From the NCBI RefSeq assembly GCF_009914755.1, contig NC_060933.1: DNA of 64,000 bases; one strand, 5' to 3'. The notes below the pieces were generated by a model, which saw nothing but the letters and a program-made list of their open reading frames with translations, was not told the origin of the DNA and did no database searches. Made by a program: the position numbers and the translations under genes. The DNA is from the human T2T-CHM13v2.0 reference genome, Homo sapiens. Below are positions 31,649-43,739 of this stretch, in pieces (positions within the stretch are counted from its first letter, which is position 1; every line of letters begins with the position of its first letter).

Positions 31649-33058
31649 TAGGCCTTGAGACCTATGGGATCATTGTGTGCTGCAGCGAGGCCCTGCCGGC
31701 CTCTCCAGATGTGGTGAGCCCATCCTATCTCACTCGGAGGGGGCCAGAATCGGATCTCAACGGGAGTCCGGAGAACACAGCAGGCGTCCTGAAGCTCCCC
31801 CTCCCTCCGTGGAAGTCGGCTCAAGCAGGTCCTGAGGACAGGACCCCTGGGGGTTTGGGCTTGGGACAGGACGAGACACCCGCGGCCCCCTCTCCCACGC
31901 CGCCCCAAACAGGACCCAGGATCCAGCCGCCGCCACAGCGGCAGCAGGAGCATCGCGGCCGCCGCGGGGCGGTGGCAATATTTAAAGGGGACGCAGCCTA
32001 TCTGTCCGGAGCGGAGCGCGAGTCCGCTCAGCCAATGCGCATGCGCGAGGCGCGAGCAGTTTCTCCCATCACAGTGGTTCCCACGGTTGTCTTAGAAACC
32101 AGTCCCCGAGGCTTGGCAGAGCAGGAGCCCTCCGTGGCAGTGCTTGGGTGTCCAGGCTCTGAGGCTCCGGCCTCACCTCTCCACGGGGTCGAAGGGAACG
32201 TCTCCGGATGCCAGGAGTCGCAAAGGGCCGACCATGATGATGAAACCCCAGGCGGAGACGGGGGAAGCAGCACGGGATCCCAGCCTCAGGCCTGCACAGA
32301 CGGTGTTGGTTGGGGTGAGTCTCCCCAAAAGTCGTGCCGCCGTCCATGATCTCGAGGACGGGTCGGCCTGCGTGCCCCTGGGCTCCTCTCTCACCGGAGG
32401 GTCGTTCTCCTCCAGAGCAGAACCCCGCAGCCTCAGGGGTTGCCTGGGGGTGTGTGTTTCAATGCCTCTGCTGTATGACTCTGTGTGTGTGTGTGTGTGT
32501 GTCTGTGTGTGTGTCTCCCATTCTCTCTTCTCTCTCTGTCTCTCAGTCTCTGTGTGTTTCTTTCCCACTCTCTGTGGGTTTGTGACAGCCGAAGTTACGT
32601 CAGGGCTACCAGGTCGATGGAGGATTGGGGGTGTTGCGAATTTTGCAGAAACCTCTTTGCTCCTCCGGTAGGCATTTGAAAACGTGGCTTGGGTCAGGCA
32701 CAGGCGGCTCCCCCACCCCCCGGGTCCCAGGTGTTCTTTGATTTTCCTTGGCATTGATGGAAAGGTCACCGGTTTCCTCCTTCCACCGCCACATGCCTGG
32801 ACCCCACCCTTTGTTTCGCCGTCGCCCCTTATGCCTCCGGTGAGACACATTCACACCAACTGCTGTGGGATTGGCCAGTGCCACGCGTGGTCACATGGTC
32901 TCCCCCTCGGATTCGCCTGTTTTCCTCTTTGCAGGTGTCGTGTAAAGCGTGGTCGGCTTTCTGGAACCGCAGGGCCTTTAGAAGTGGGGCAGGCCACTGC
33001 TCTTTCAAAGGAGGAGGGAGGCAGAGGGCTGATGGATCAGTGAATTTTCAGCTGACTC
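31649..33058 (+). repeat. SST1 monomer B (1410 bp, ~1-kb internal deletion)
   Basis: Junction gggtttgtg|acagccgaagtt at 32584/32585 skips the equivalent of ~30158-31177. Confidence 0.9.
31979..32046 (-). promoter_or_regulatory. TATA-like + CCAAT + NRF1 module (monomer B)
   Basis: Same three motifs intact with the same spacing. Confidence 0.6.
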
Positions 33059-33388
33059 TAGGCCTTGAGAATTATGAGATCATTCTGTGCTGCAGCGAGG
33101 CCCTGCCGGCCTCACCAGTTTTTGTGAGCCCATCCTATCTCACTGGGAGGGGGCCAAAATCGGATCTCAACGGGAGTCCGGAGAACACAGCAGGAGTCCT
33201 GAAGCTCCCCCTCCCTCGGAGGAAGTCGGCTCAAGCAGGTCCTGAGGACAGGACCCCTGGGGGTTTGGGCCTGGGAAAGGACGAGACTCCCGCGGCCCCC
33301 TCTCCCACGCCACCCCAAACAGGACCCAGGATCCAGCCGCCGCCATGGCGGCAGCAGGAGCATCGCGGCCGCCAGGCGACGGTGGCGA

Positions 33389-33456
33389 TATTTAAAGGGG
33401 ACGTAGCCTGACTGCCAGGAGCTGAGCGCGAATCGTCCCAGCCAATGCGCATGCGC
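33389..33456 (-). promoter_or_regulatory. TATA-like + CCAAT + NRF1 module (monomer C)
   Basis: Same three motifs intact with the same spacing. Confidence 0.6.
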
Positions 33457-33505
33457 GAGGCGCTAGTGGCTTCTCCCTTCACAGTGGTTCCTTCGGTTGT
33501 CTTAG

Positions 33506-33784
<279 letters not shown>

Positions 33785-33844
33785 TGACCCTGGGCTGCTC
33801 TCTCACCCGAGGGTCGTTCTCGTCGTGAGGAGAACTCCGCAGCC

Positions 33845-33888
33845 TCAGAGATTGCCTGGTGGTGTGTGTTTCAATTCCTCTGCTGTAT

Positions 33889-33945
<57 letters not shown>

Positions 33946-34342
33946 TCCCATTCTCTCTTCTCTCTCCCTCTCTCAGTCTCTGTGTGCTTCTTTCCCTCTC
34001 TCTGTGGGTTTGTGTGTGCATGCCCGTGTGCGTGTGTGTTTTTGGCTGGAGGTGCCCTGTGTGCCACAAAGCGGTTTTTCGCATGGCGGTCTGTCTTTGT
34101 TGAGCCTCTTTCTGCGTCTCTGCCTGGGTCATGAGGCCGGTTGTCAATCGTTTTTGCTGCTGTGGATCCACTTTGGCTCTGTGAAGGCCTGGCCCACGTG
34201 AGGAGATGTGTCGGTCTCGGAGCAATTGAAGTCTCATCCCCATCCTGAGCGGCCTCTTTTCTAGCATCAAAACGAACACACTGCAGATGAGGAGAAGAAT
34301 CCCACAGGAGCTCTTTGTCCTACAGGAGAGCAGCAGACCCAT
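33845..34342 (-). pseudogene. FAM27D1: FAM27D1-like ORF (satellite-derived, doubtful coding)
   Basis: [32 protein letters not shown]...TTGLMTQAETQKEAQQRQ resembles the recalled FAM27D1 N-terminus. Confidence 0.55.
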
Positions 34343-35444
34343 GTCAGAGAAGATGCTTGAGTCTTTTCACGGCTCTTCTCTGAGAAATGAAGCCACACCA
34401 CGATACAGTCAGCAAGAGGAAGCCGGGAATGAGAGATGGCAACAATCCCTGTCCCTGGAACGCTGGCCTCCCTGGACAAGCCACCCTTTTGGAACCCCAC
34501 CCCTTATGCCCTTGGCGGTGGCATGGTGCTGTATCCTGCCTGGGCTCCGGCCTCTTCTCTGTCCTCCGTCTTACTCTGCCTCCCCTGTTTCTCAGGGGCC
34601 TGGATGCCTCTAGCTCTGGCCAAATGCCTTCAACGAAGATGGCTTCCCAGTCCGTCAGGGAGACATTTCTTCGAGATCTGTGCCGTGATTGTTTCTCTCT
34701 CCAAACCTGTTTCTGCTTGATTGGGCTGGTCTCATGACCCGGGAACTCTTGGCTTCCTTAGGTGTCTCAGGCAGGGAAGCTTCCTTCTTCTCCACGTTTC
34801 CCCTCATGGGTGGTTGGATTGCCTAGAATGAGCGCTAGGTGAACGTGACTGGCCTTGTCTTCCAGGACAGGTGGTGTCGCATTTCCTCTGCACTTCCTGT
34901 CTCATTCTTGAGGGACATCCTCTCCTCTGCTCCTGGGTGAACTGAAGCCCTTGATCATCTGGCAGAAAAGAATGTCAGGGAACCCAAGGGACTGGTCTAG
35001 GGTGGAGGGCTGGTCCTGGGGCTCGGTGCAGCCAAAGTTGTGTCAGGGCTGCCAGGGCCTTGGACGGTTTGGGATGGGGCAAATTTTGCAGAAACCTCTT
35101 TGCTCCTCTGGTAGGCATTTGAAAACGTGGCTTGGGTCAGGCACAGGCCCCCCCCCACCCCGCGTGTCCCACGTGTTTTTCAATTTTCCTTGGCATTGAT
35201 GGAAAGGTCACCCGTTTCCCCCTTCCTGGACACCACCCTTTGTTTCGCCGTCTCCCCGTATGCCTCCAGTGACACGCATTAACACCAACTGCTGTGGGAT
35301 AGGCCAGTGCCACGCGTAGTCATATGGTCTCCGCCTCGGATTTGCCCCTGTTCCTCTTTGCAGGTGTCCTGTAAAGCACTGTCGGCTCCCGGAGCCCCAG
35401 GGCTTTTAGAAGCAGGGCAGGCCACTGCTCTTTCTAAGGAGGGG

Positions 35445-36263
35445 GGCATTGAAAAACACACCCCCAAGCAATCCCTGAGGCTGTGATGTTCTGCTCTCTA
35501 TGAGAAGGACCGTCGGGTGAGAGAGCAGCCCAGGGGCATGCAGGCCGACCTGTCCTAGAGATCACTGACGGAGGCACGACTTTTGGGGAGACTCACCCCA
35601 ACCAACACCGTCCGGTCAGGCCTGAGGCTGGGATCCCGTGCTGCTTCCCCCGTCTCCGCTGGGCTTTCCTCATGGTAGTCGGCCCTTTGCGACTCCTGGC
35701 ATCTGGGGACGTTCCCGTTGACCCCAAGAAGAGGTTAGGCCGGAGCCTCAGAGCCCGGAAACCCAAGCACTGCCACGGAGGGCTCCTTCTTCGCCAAGCC
35801 TCGGGGACTGGTTTCTAAGACAACCGTGGGAACCACTGTGACTGGAGAAGCCGCTCCCGCCTCGCGCATGTGCACTGACTGAGCTAACTCGCGCTCCGCT
35901 CCTGACTGTCAGGCTGTGTCCCCTTTAAATACTGCCACCTCTGAGCGCGACAGCAGCGAGGCTCCTGCTAGCCCCGCTGCGGCGGCTAGATCCGGGGTCC
36001 AGTTTGGGGCGGCGTGGGAGAGGGGGCCGTGGGTGTCTTCTCCTGTCCCAGGGCCAAACCCCGAGGAGTCCTCACCTCAGGACCTGCTTGAGCCGACTTC
36101 CACTGAGGGAGGGGGAGCTTCAGGACGCCTGCTGTGTTCTCCGGCCTCCTGTTCAGATCCAATTTTGGCCCCCTTCGAGTGAAATAGGATGGGCTCACCA
36201 CATCTGGTGAGGCAGGCAGGGCCTCGCTGCAGCGCAGAATGATCCCATAGGTCTCAAGGCCTA
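35445..36263 (-). repeat. SST1 monomer D (inverted, first ~820 bp only)
   Basis: Reverse complement of the monomer start through cctcagg...tcaatgcc. Confidence 0.88.
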
Positions 36264-38367
36264 GTGTCAGCTGCAAATTCACTTATCCATCAGCCCTCTG
36301 CCTCCCTCCTCCTTTGAAAGAGCAGTGGCCTGCCCCGCTTGTCAAAGCCCTGGGGTTCCGGAAAGCCCACCGCGCTTTACAGGACACCTGCATAGAGGAA
36401 CAGGGGCGAATCCGAGGTGGAGACCATGTGACCACGCGTGGCACTGGCCTATCCCACAGCAGTTGGTGTTAATGTGTGTCACCGGAGGCATACGGGGTGA
36501 CGGCGAAACAAAGGGTGGTGTCCAGGCATGTGCCGGTTGAATGGGGAAACGGTTGACCTTTCCATCAATGCCAAGGAAAATCAAAGAACACCTAGGACCC
36601 GGGGGGTGGGGGTCCTGTGCCTGACCCAAGCCAAGTTTTCACATGCCTACCAGAGGAGCAAAGAGGTTTCTGCAAAATTCGCCCCACCCCCAACCCTCCA
36701 CCGCCCTGGTAGCCCTGACGCAACTTAGGCTGCACCCAGCCCCAGCCCCAGCCCCAGCCCCAGCCCCAGCCCAGTCCCTTTGGTTCCCTGACATTTGTTT
36801 CGGCCAGAAGATCAAGGGAGTCAGTCCATGCAGGAGCAGAGGAGAGGATGTCCCTCATGAATGAGACAGGAAGTGCAGAGGAAATGCGACACTACCTTTC
36901 CTGGAAGACAAGGCCAGTCATGGTCACCTAGCGCTCATTCTAGGCAATCCACCCACCCATGAGGGGAAACGTGGAGAAGAAGGAAGCTTCCCTGCCTGAG
37001 ACACGAATGGAAGCCAGGAGCTCCCAGGTCATGTGACCTGCCCAATCAAGCAGAAACACGTTTGGAGAGAGAAACAATCACGACATGGATCTCGAAGAAA
37101 TGTCTCCCTGACCGACTGGGAAGTCATCTTTGTTGAAGACATTGGGCGTCAGCGAGAGGCATTGAGGCACTTGAGAAACAGGTGAGGCAGAGCAGGAGGG
37201 AGGACAGGGCAGACGCCGGCGGCCAGGCAGGATGTATCACCATTCCACTGCCAGGGTCATAAGGGGTGGGGTTCCAAAAGGGTGGCTTGTCCAGAGAGGC
37301 CAGCATTCCAGTGACAGGGACTGTTGCCATCTCCCATTCCCGGCTTCCTCTTCCAGACCGTATTGTGGTGTGGCTTCATTTCTCAGAGAAGAGCCATGAA
37401 AAGATACAAGCATCTTCTCTGATGTGGGTCCGCTGGTCTCCTGCGGGACAAAGAGCTCCTGTGGGGCTCGTGTCCTCGTCTGCAGTGTGTTCATCTTGAT
37501 CCTAGAAAAGAGGCTGCTCAGGATGGGGATAATATTTCAATTGCTCCGGGACCGAAGAATCTCCTCACCTGGGCCAGGCCTTCACACACCCAAAGCGGAA
37601 CCGCGTCGGCGAAAGGGATTGATAACCGGTCTCATGACCCAGGCAGAGAGGCAGAAACAGGCTCACCAAAGACAGGCCGCCATGCGAGAAACAGCTTTGT
37701 GGTGCACAGGGCACATTCAGCCAAGGACACACACGCACACGGGCACACACACACAAACCGACAGAGAGAGGGAAAGAAACACACGGAGACTGAGAGACAG
37801 AGAGAGAAGAGAGAATGGGAGACACACACACATACAAACACAGACACACACACAGAGTCTTATAGCAAAGGCATTGAAAGACACACACCCAGGCAACCCC
37901 TGAGGCTGTGGGGTTCTGCTTTCGACGAGAACGACCCTTCGGTGAGAGAGCACCCCAGGGGCACGCAGGCCGTCCTGTCCTCGAGATCACCGTGTCACGA
38001 CTTTTGGGGAGACTCACCCCCACCAACACCGTCCAGAGAGGCCTGAGGGAGGGATTCCATGCTGCCTTCTCCGGACTCTGCGTCGGGTTTCCTCACCCTG
38101 TTTGGCCCTTTGTGACTCTTGGCATCCAGAGACTTTCCCCTCGACCCAGTGGAGTCGTCAGGCCAGAGCCTCAGAGCCTTGACACCCAAGCACTGCCACG
38201 GAAGTCTCCCCCTTTGCCAAGCCTCGGGGACTGGTTTCTAAGACAACCGTGGGAACCACTGTGAGGGGAGAAACCGCTTGTGCTTCGCGCATGAGCATTG
38301 GCTGGGCCGACTCGTTCTCCCTTCCTGGCAGTCAGGCTGCGTCCCCTTCAAAGAACGCCACCGCTGA
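36264..38367 (-). repeat. SST1 monomer E (inverted, lacking the first ~320 bp)
   Basis: Reverse complement of monomer A; ends at gtccccttcaaagaacgccaccgctg. Confidence 0.88.
37523..37903 (+). ncRNA. FAM27E: FAM27E-like ORF/lncRNA in inverted monomer E
   Basis: MGIIFQLLRDRRISSPGPGLHTPKAEPRRRKGL...QAERQKQAHQRQAAMRETALW resembles the recalled FAM27E2/E3. Confidence 0.7.
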
Positions 38368-40659
38368 GAACTGACCCTCACATCTCCCTTCCTGAATTTC
38401 TTTAGGGAAAGCAACAACCATCCCTGTAAGCCATGGGTTTTCATGCGGAGGAAGGAGAGGGCTAGTTGTCTGAGAGGGAAACTGCTTAAGGCTGCAGACT
38501 AGGAAATGGGATTCCAGGTTTAAGATAGCTCCTTTCTGGACCTCAGTCCTTCACCTAGTCACCTAGTCACAGGGTGGATCGCCTCTAAGGATACTTAGTG
38601 GAAAAGGAACCAAATTCGGGATGGTTCTCCTTGCTTTAAGCCTTGATGGGAGACGGGGAGGCCAACCCTTCTCTGCAGACCGTGATCCTCACTAGACAGA
38701 GGAGCTCCAAACCTGCCCATCTCATCCCATGCACCGACGGTGCCTGGCCTGGCTCCAAACTCCCGAAAGGAACTATTTTACAGGTGCCAAAAAGGGGACA
38801 GTGTTGATAATAATAATAAAATGAAACAATCTGATTGGGGCATTGCTGGATCAGAAAATGTGTGACCTTTTTAAAGTTAAATTGTTAAAAAAATTTAACT
38901 ATTAAACATTTTAAATATTAAGCCTGATCTGTTTGGTAGCCCTGGAGCAGGGCTGAAGCATAGAGAGAAACCTTTCCTTCAGCCAGGTTGTCTGTGTCAC
39001 ACTGATTTATTTTTGTTTTATTTGTGGATTTCTTAATGGACCCAATGGTGGTTCCTCTTTGCACCCCTCGGGTTCACAGGCAATTCCATCCTAGCCCAGT
39101 TCTCAGTTCTGGTTTAGTTTTCATAACTTTTGGGGGTCCAGGGAGCCATGAGACTGGAGATAGAAAGCAGAAGTGCACTGGGGCGGTGGGTCTGCCTTGG
39201 CTTACCCCCAAATTTCTGGATTCCAGGTGCCTTGCTCCAGTCCCCGCCCCATCCTAGGCTCAAGATGCTCTCCCACGCTACTAACCACTGGTCCGGTCAA
39301 AGCCCAGGCTGCTGCCAGCCGCCATGTTATCTCCTAGCCTGGCTAGGGTGCCTGCTAGCCAGCAGTGGCTATGGTGGTGTGCAGAGTGAGGGTGAGTTTT
39401 TGTATTGACTGCCATTCCGTTTACCTCAACAAGTATGTTTGGGCAACCATTCTGTGCCAGGCAGCAGACAGAGTCCCTGCACTGCAGGAATTCCTAGTCC
39501 TGTGGGCAGGGGTGTGTGGAGGATGGCACATGGTGGTTAGCCTGGTCCAAGGGTCTCCACTCCCTTCCTAGCATCCTAGAGATCCTGGAGGCTAGGTTGG
39601 CCACAGAGACTGAGTTCAGGACAATTCCTTCACGCAGTTAACGAAGTTATCTGTAACTTCCTGGTTAAAAAAAAAACACACACACACACACAAACACAAA
39701 AACTGTCAGTCGTGGGAGGTATTTCCCCACTGGGCTGGTTGGTAGCAGGGGAAGAACTGTGGACCCCTGGCCGAGTGGCGCCTGGAAGGAGGCTGACGTA
39801 CGAGTGGTATAGCTGTGAGTAGGAGAAGTGAGATCTAGTGGGGTAAGTCCATGTTCCCTGTTCCTAAAGTCAAATTCTCCCTGAAAAGACCCAGGGCAGC
39901 ACTGTTAGGGAGCTGAAGGAGTCCCTCTGTACCCAGAGGGAATTAGGCCACTCAGGCCTCAGAGAAGGAGGGCGGGTGGTGAGGACAACCTCCCTAAGCC
40001 CCCATCAGAGCAGGCCCAATACTTGGAAATTCACTCCTCAGTCCACCAGATTCTGGTCCCATCCTACATCCGCACCAGGGCACAGGAGGCCCACATAAAA
40101 ACAAGCTTTATTTGGCCAAATTAACTCACTTTCCTGGATTACCTTACTTATTGGAAAGCAAAAGTACACCCCACGCTCCTCGCCCTGTCCCTGACTAAAC
40201 CTCTTTATCTCTGAAGCCCACTCTTTGAGACCTAAAAATTAGGGTTCAAGAGAAACGCTCTAGGACTACAGGAGTGACATGACAGTCCCTATCCTACAGT
40301 GCACTAAAAGCCAAACTGAAGGCTGCTTCCTCGGTGGAGAGTGTCTCAGGGTGAGGTGGCAGGACTGTTAGCCGCTTCTCATTTTACAAGCTCCTTGTCC
40401 ACAGTCATCTGCACCAGCCCCTCACAAAACTGGTTCTCGCCTTCTGGTGGGTGCTGGTGTTTACCCCTTTCCTCCCACTATCTGTTCAAACCGAGCCCAC
40501 CCACCCTCCATTCACCTCCCCTCCTTAAGTCTCCCTGAGCTCTATTTACCCTTTTGTAACTCCATCCCTCCATAAGTACACAACTCTCCTAGCTGGTTTC
40601 CTAGAGGGCAGATACAGTGTTTCCAGTTGGCCCTCTGCAGATATCTGTGAATAAGTCTC

Positions 40660-41220
40660 TCCCAGCCCCTACATATAAATGTGTCTGTTCTAGACAGATG
40701 GGCCTAAGTCCCAACGTAAACACATCACTGGATAATTACACCTTATATACATACAGATCTCTCTATAGAGTTATATTTGAAAGTGTCTATAACTCTAGAG
40801 AGAGATTGCAGCATGCACCTATAGGACTATAATTACTTATGTCTATTTTTATAACTATGCAGTTATAAATAGATATGCCTATATATAGTGATAATAATAT
40901 AGAAATATCTCCATAGCCATATATGGCTCTAAGTGAATGCTCTAACTACTCTATTTCGCAATCAATAAGTATATATCTCCTGATACATAATTCTAACAAT
41001 ATACGTTTTTATCTATATAGCTGTTCAGAGATATAAATCTGTCAGGATATCAAATGTACATAAAGCCGGATGGCTGTAAGGGAGTCGCATATTTTCCCAT
41101 ATATAAATCTGCTCCTATAACTACTGTATATGCACAAATACAATGGAAATAATTATATTTCCCGCAAACGTAAATCTGTAAATACAACCACAGCACATTT
41201 AGGTACCATTAGACATAGAG
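40660..41220. repeat. Degenerate TA-rich low-complexity tract
   Basis: Dense tata/ctata/tataac motifs within otherwise GC-balanced DNA. Confidence 0.6.
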
Positions 41221-41599
41221 CAATATTTCCTAGACATCAGTCTGTCATTAGAGCCACCAGTGCCTCCAAACAGAGAGTTATAGAGGGAGTTATAAATAAT
41301 CTCTCCAGATGTGAACGGATCAGTAGAACTAGATGTAAACATGACTCCAAGCCGTTCCTCCTCCTCCTTCTTCTTCTTTGTAAGATATTCCTGAAGCAAG
41401 CCCAGTCATATAACAGGGTGCAGAGGTGTCTGGGTACTGGTATTTTTTCCCCCAAGGAGAGTCGGAGGTGGCTGGACTTTGGGAAACTGTGCAGGAGTGG
41501 GTAGGGGACAATGCCCGCTCCCAACACAGCCCAGAAGCCCCTTCCATCTGTCTCTTGGTGGCTGAGAGCTTGGGCAAGTGGAGAGGCCTAAGGGAGAAA

Positions 41600-41950
41600 A
41601 ATGAAAAAGCAGAGTCTGGCTTGAGTCGTTCGGCCCTTCGGCCTAAAACCCTCTCAACAGGGAAGCCCCGAACAGGCGTCGGAGCGGAGAGAGCCCACGA
41701 GGCCCAGAGGCTGGGGGAAAGGGGCTGCAGGCCGGGCTGTGGAGGCCGAGCAGAGTCGCCAGCCGGTGCCTGACCGCCCGGCGCCCCGTCTCCCGGGGCC
41801 GCTGCCTCGCCCTCGGCCTGGAACACAAAACCTGGGCCCTAGCCCTGCGCCCTGTGCTCAGCACTTCCACTGGTCTTATTTTATTGCTGTTTTGTCCAAT
41901 TAGGTATCGCAGCATCCTCCACCCGGTGTTGTTTTCAAATGCGAGGGCAC
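41600..41950. promoter_or_regulatory. Small CpG island
   Basis: High GC and CpG density (ccgcccggcgccccgtctcccggggccgc). Confidence 0.6.
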
Positions 41951-41965
41951 CCAGGGCTTTCTGAA

Positions 41966-41968
<3 letters not shown>

Positions 41969-42007
<39 letters not shown>
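41969..42007. repeat. (GT)n microsatellite
   Basis: About 19 perfect GT units. Confidence 0.95.
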
Positions 42008-42010
<3 letters not shown>

Positions 42011-43739
42011 GCTTTAAATAAGTGACTCAGTGGATAGTGTATTTCTCTTTTCAGACCAAATGGGTCACCGGCTACTGAAAAAGAATCCAGACCTCTGAAA
42101 GGGTTCGTGACAAATTTTTTAGAAGTTCTCACGCTCATCTGTTACGATGATTTTCTTTTCTTTTTTCTCTTTTAAAAAAGTTGGCTAATTTGTGTTTCTA
42201 TATTCCTCTTTAATTTTATTTTTATTGGGGGTACAAATGTTTTTAAAGGAGGGATTTCATTAGACCCGAAACTGTGGGGTGGCTTCCTCTCTAGCCAACT
42301 TACTATCTCTACGCCTGTGATTCCCATCTCCCCCAAGAAAACAAACCAATTAAATGACCAGAAAACTGTACCTGGAGAAAATGAAGTATATGTTGCAGGA
42401 TCCGGGACCGCGGTCTTTGCTTGCTTCATGAAAAATCGGCTGGTCTCCAAACTCGCGAAGGAAAATTCAAGGCGCCTCAACTCCTCCTTTTAAATTTTTT
42501 AATAAAGAGCCTAGAAAGGGAACTTTCCCTGGGCCTGCCGGAGCCCCAGCCTGGCTCTCCCAACTTCCCAGCGGCCATAAATGTTTTTCTGCTTCCATTC
42601 GGGCCCCCCGTCTTCCCGGACATCTCTGAGCTCCTGCCGGATCAAGGCTGTGGTCATCACCTCATTCATCTCTGCTGCTTGGCCTGGGCCTGCACATTTG
42701 GCCTCCTTCTTAAAACAGGGGCTCCTAGAGAGTCCCAAAATCCATTAACCATTCCCATATGTGGGATCCCTTCCCTGATCACACAAAGCAGAAGCCTGAG
42801 AAAAAAAGCAATAAAGAGTGGCCTCCTGGCTCTCCTTCTCCTCTTACGTCCCTTGTCTGGGAAAGGGGTTCCCAACCGCAGCCCCACCAAGAGCATATTA
42901 AGAAGCTGTCTTCCTCCCTTCCTTTCCTATCTCCCCCTCAGATGCTGTGATCCTGACTCCTGTCTCCACCTCAAAATATTTCCTCTTGCATTTTATTGTT
43001 ATTCTGTTATGCAGGGACTGTTAACTACTGTTTTATTATTATTATTCATTATTTATTGTTATTAAGATTGTCGTTAGAGATTTGTTCACCACCGTTCAAG
43101 GGACAGCAGCCTGGCCCAGGGGGAAGCCTGCCTCTCCCTGTCTGTCTCTCTCTCTCTCACACACACACACACATACACACACACACACCCTAACACAGTG
43201 CACACTCACGCATATATGGTCACAAATGCCTGCTGTGTTCAGGCCCCTGCACAGCAATCCGAAGAGGCAGGCATCCTACCCCAGCATGCAAACAACACAC
43301 TGCCCACGCACACCAGCATTCAGGCAGAACACCACCCCCAGACCAACGCCAAAACCCACACGCACCGAGCTTGCAAGGAAAGGAAAATACATAAAGAATC
43401 CCTTCTCTCCAAAACCTGGAGGGGTGAGTCAGGCCTCTGTCTCTTCCCCCCAGTCGCTTTCGCTTTCTCTTTTTTTTTCTCCTTGTTTACAGCTTCAGAG
43501 AGCTCAAGGCCCATAAATCTTGAGGGGTCTACAGAGCGCAGAACACATTTGTATGCATCGTTAGGATTCGCTAATACCTAAGCCCATTAAGGAGCGTGTA
43601 TGCGCGTGGTTTCCGGTGTGTATTAACTTATAGTTAAATTCTGGAGGAAAGGGCATTGTGAATTAACATATACCAAATCCATCATGGGCTTTTGTCATAT
43701 CAGATTAGTCAGTCATGGGTTTGGGGGAGCAACTTGCCT

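Noticed and set aside
42421-43065. 214-aa Leu-rich ORF
   Set aside because: No recognisable domain, no ATG at the listed start, and it ends in a (TTA)n tract.
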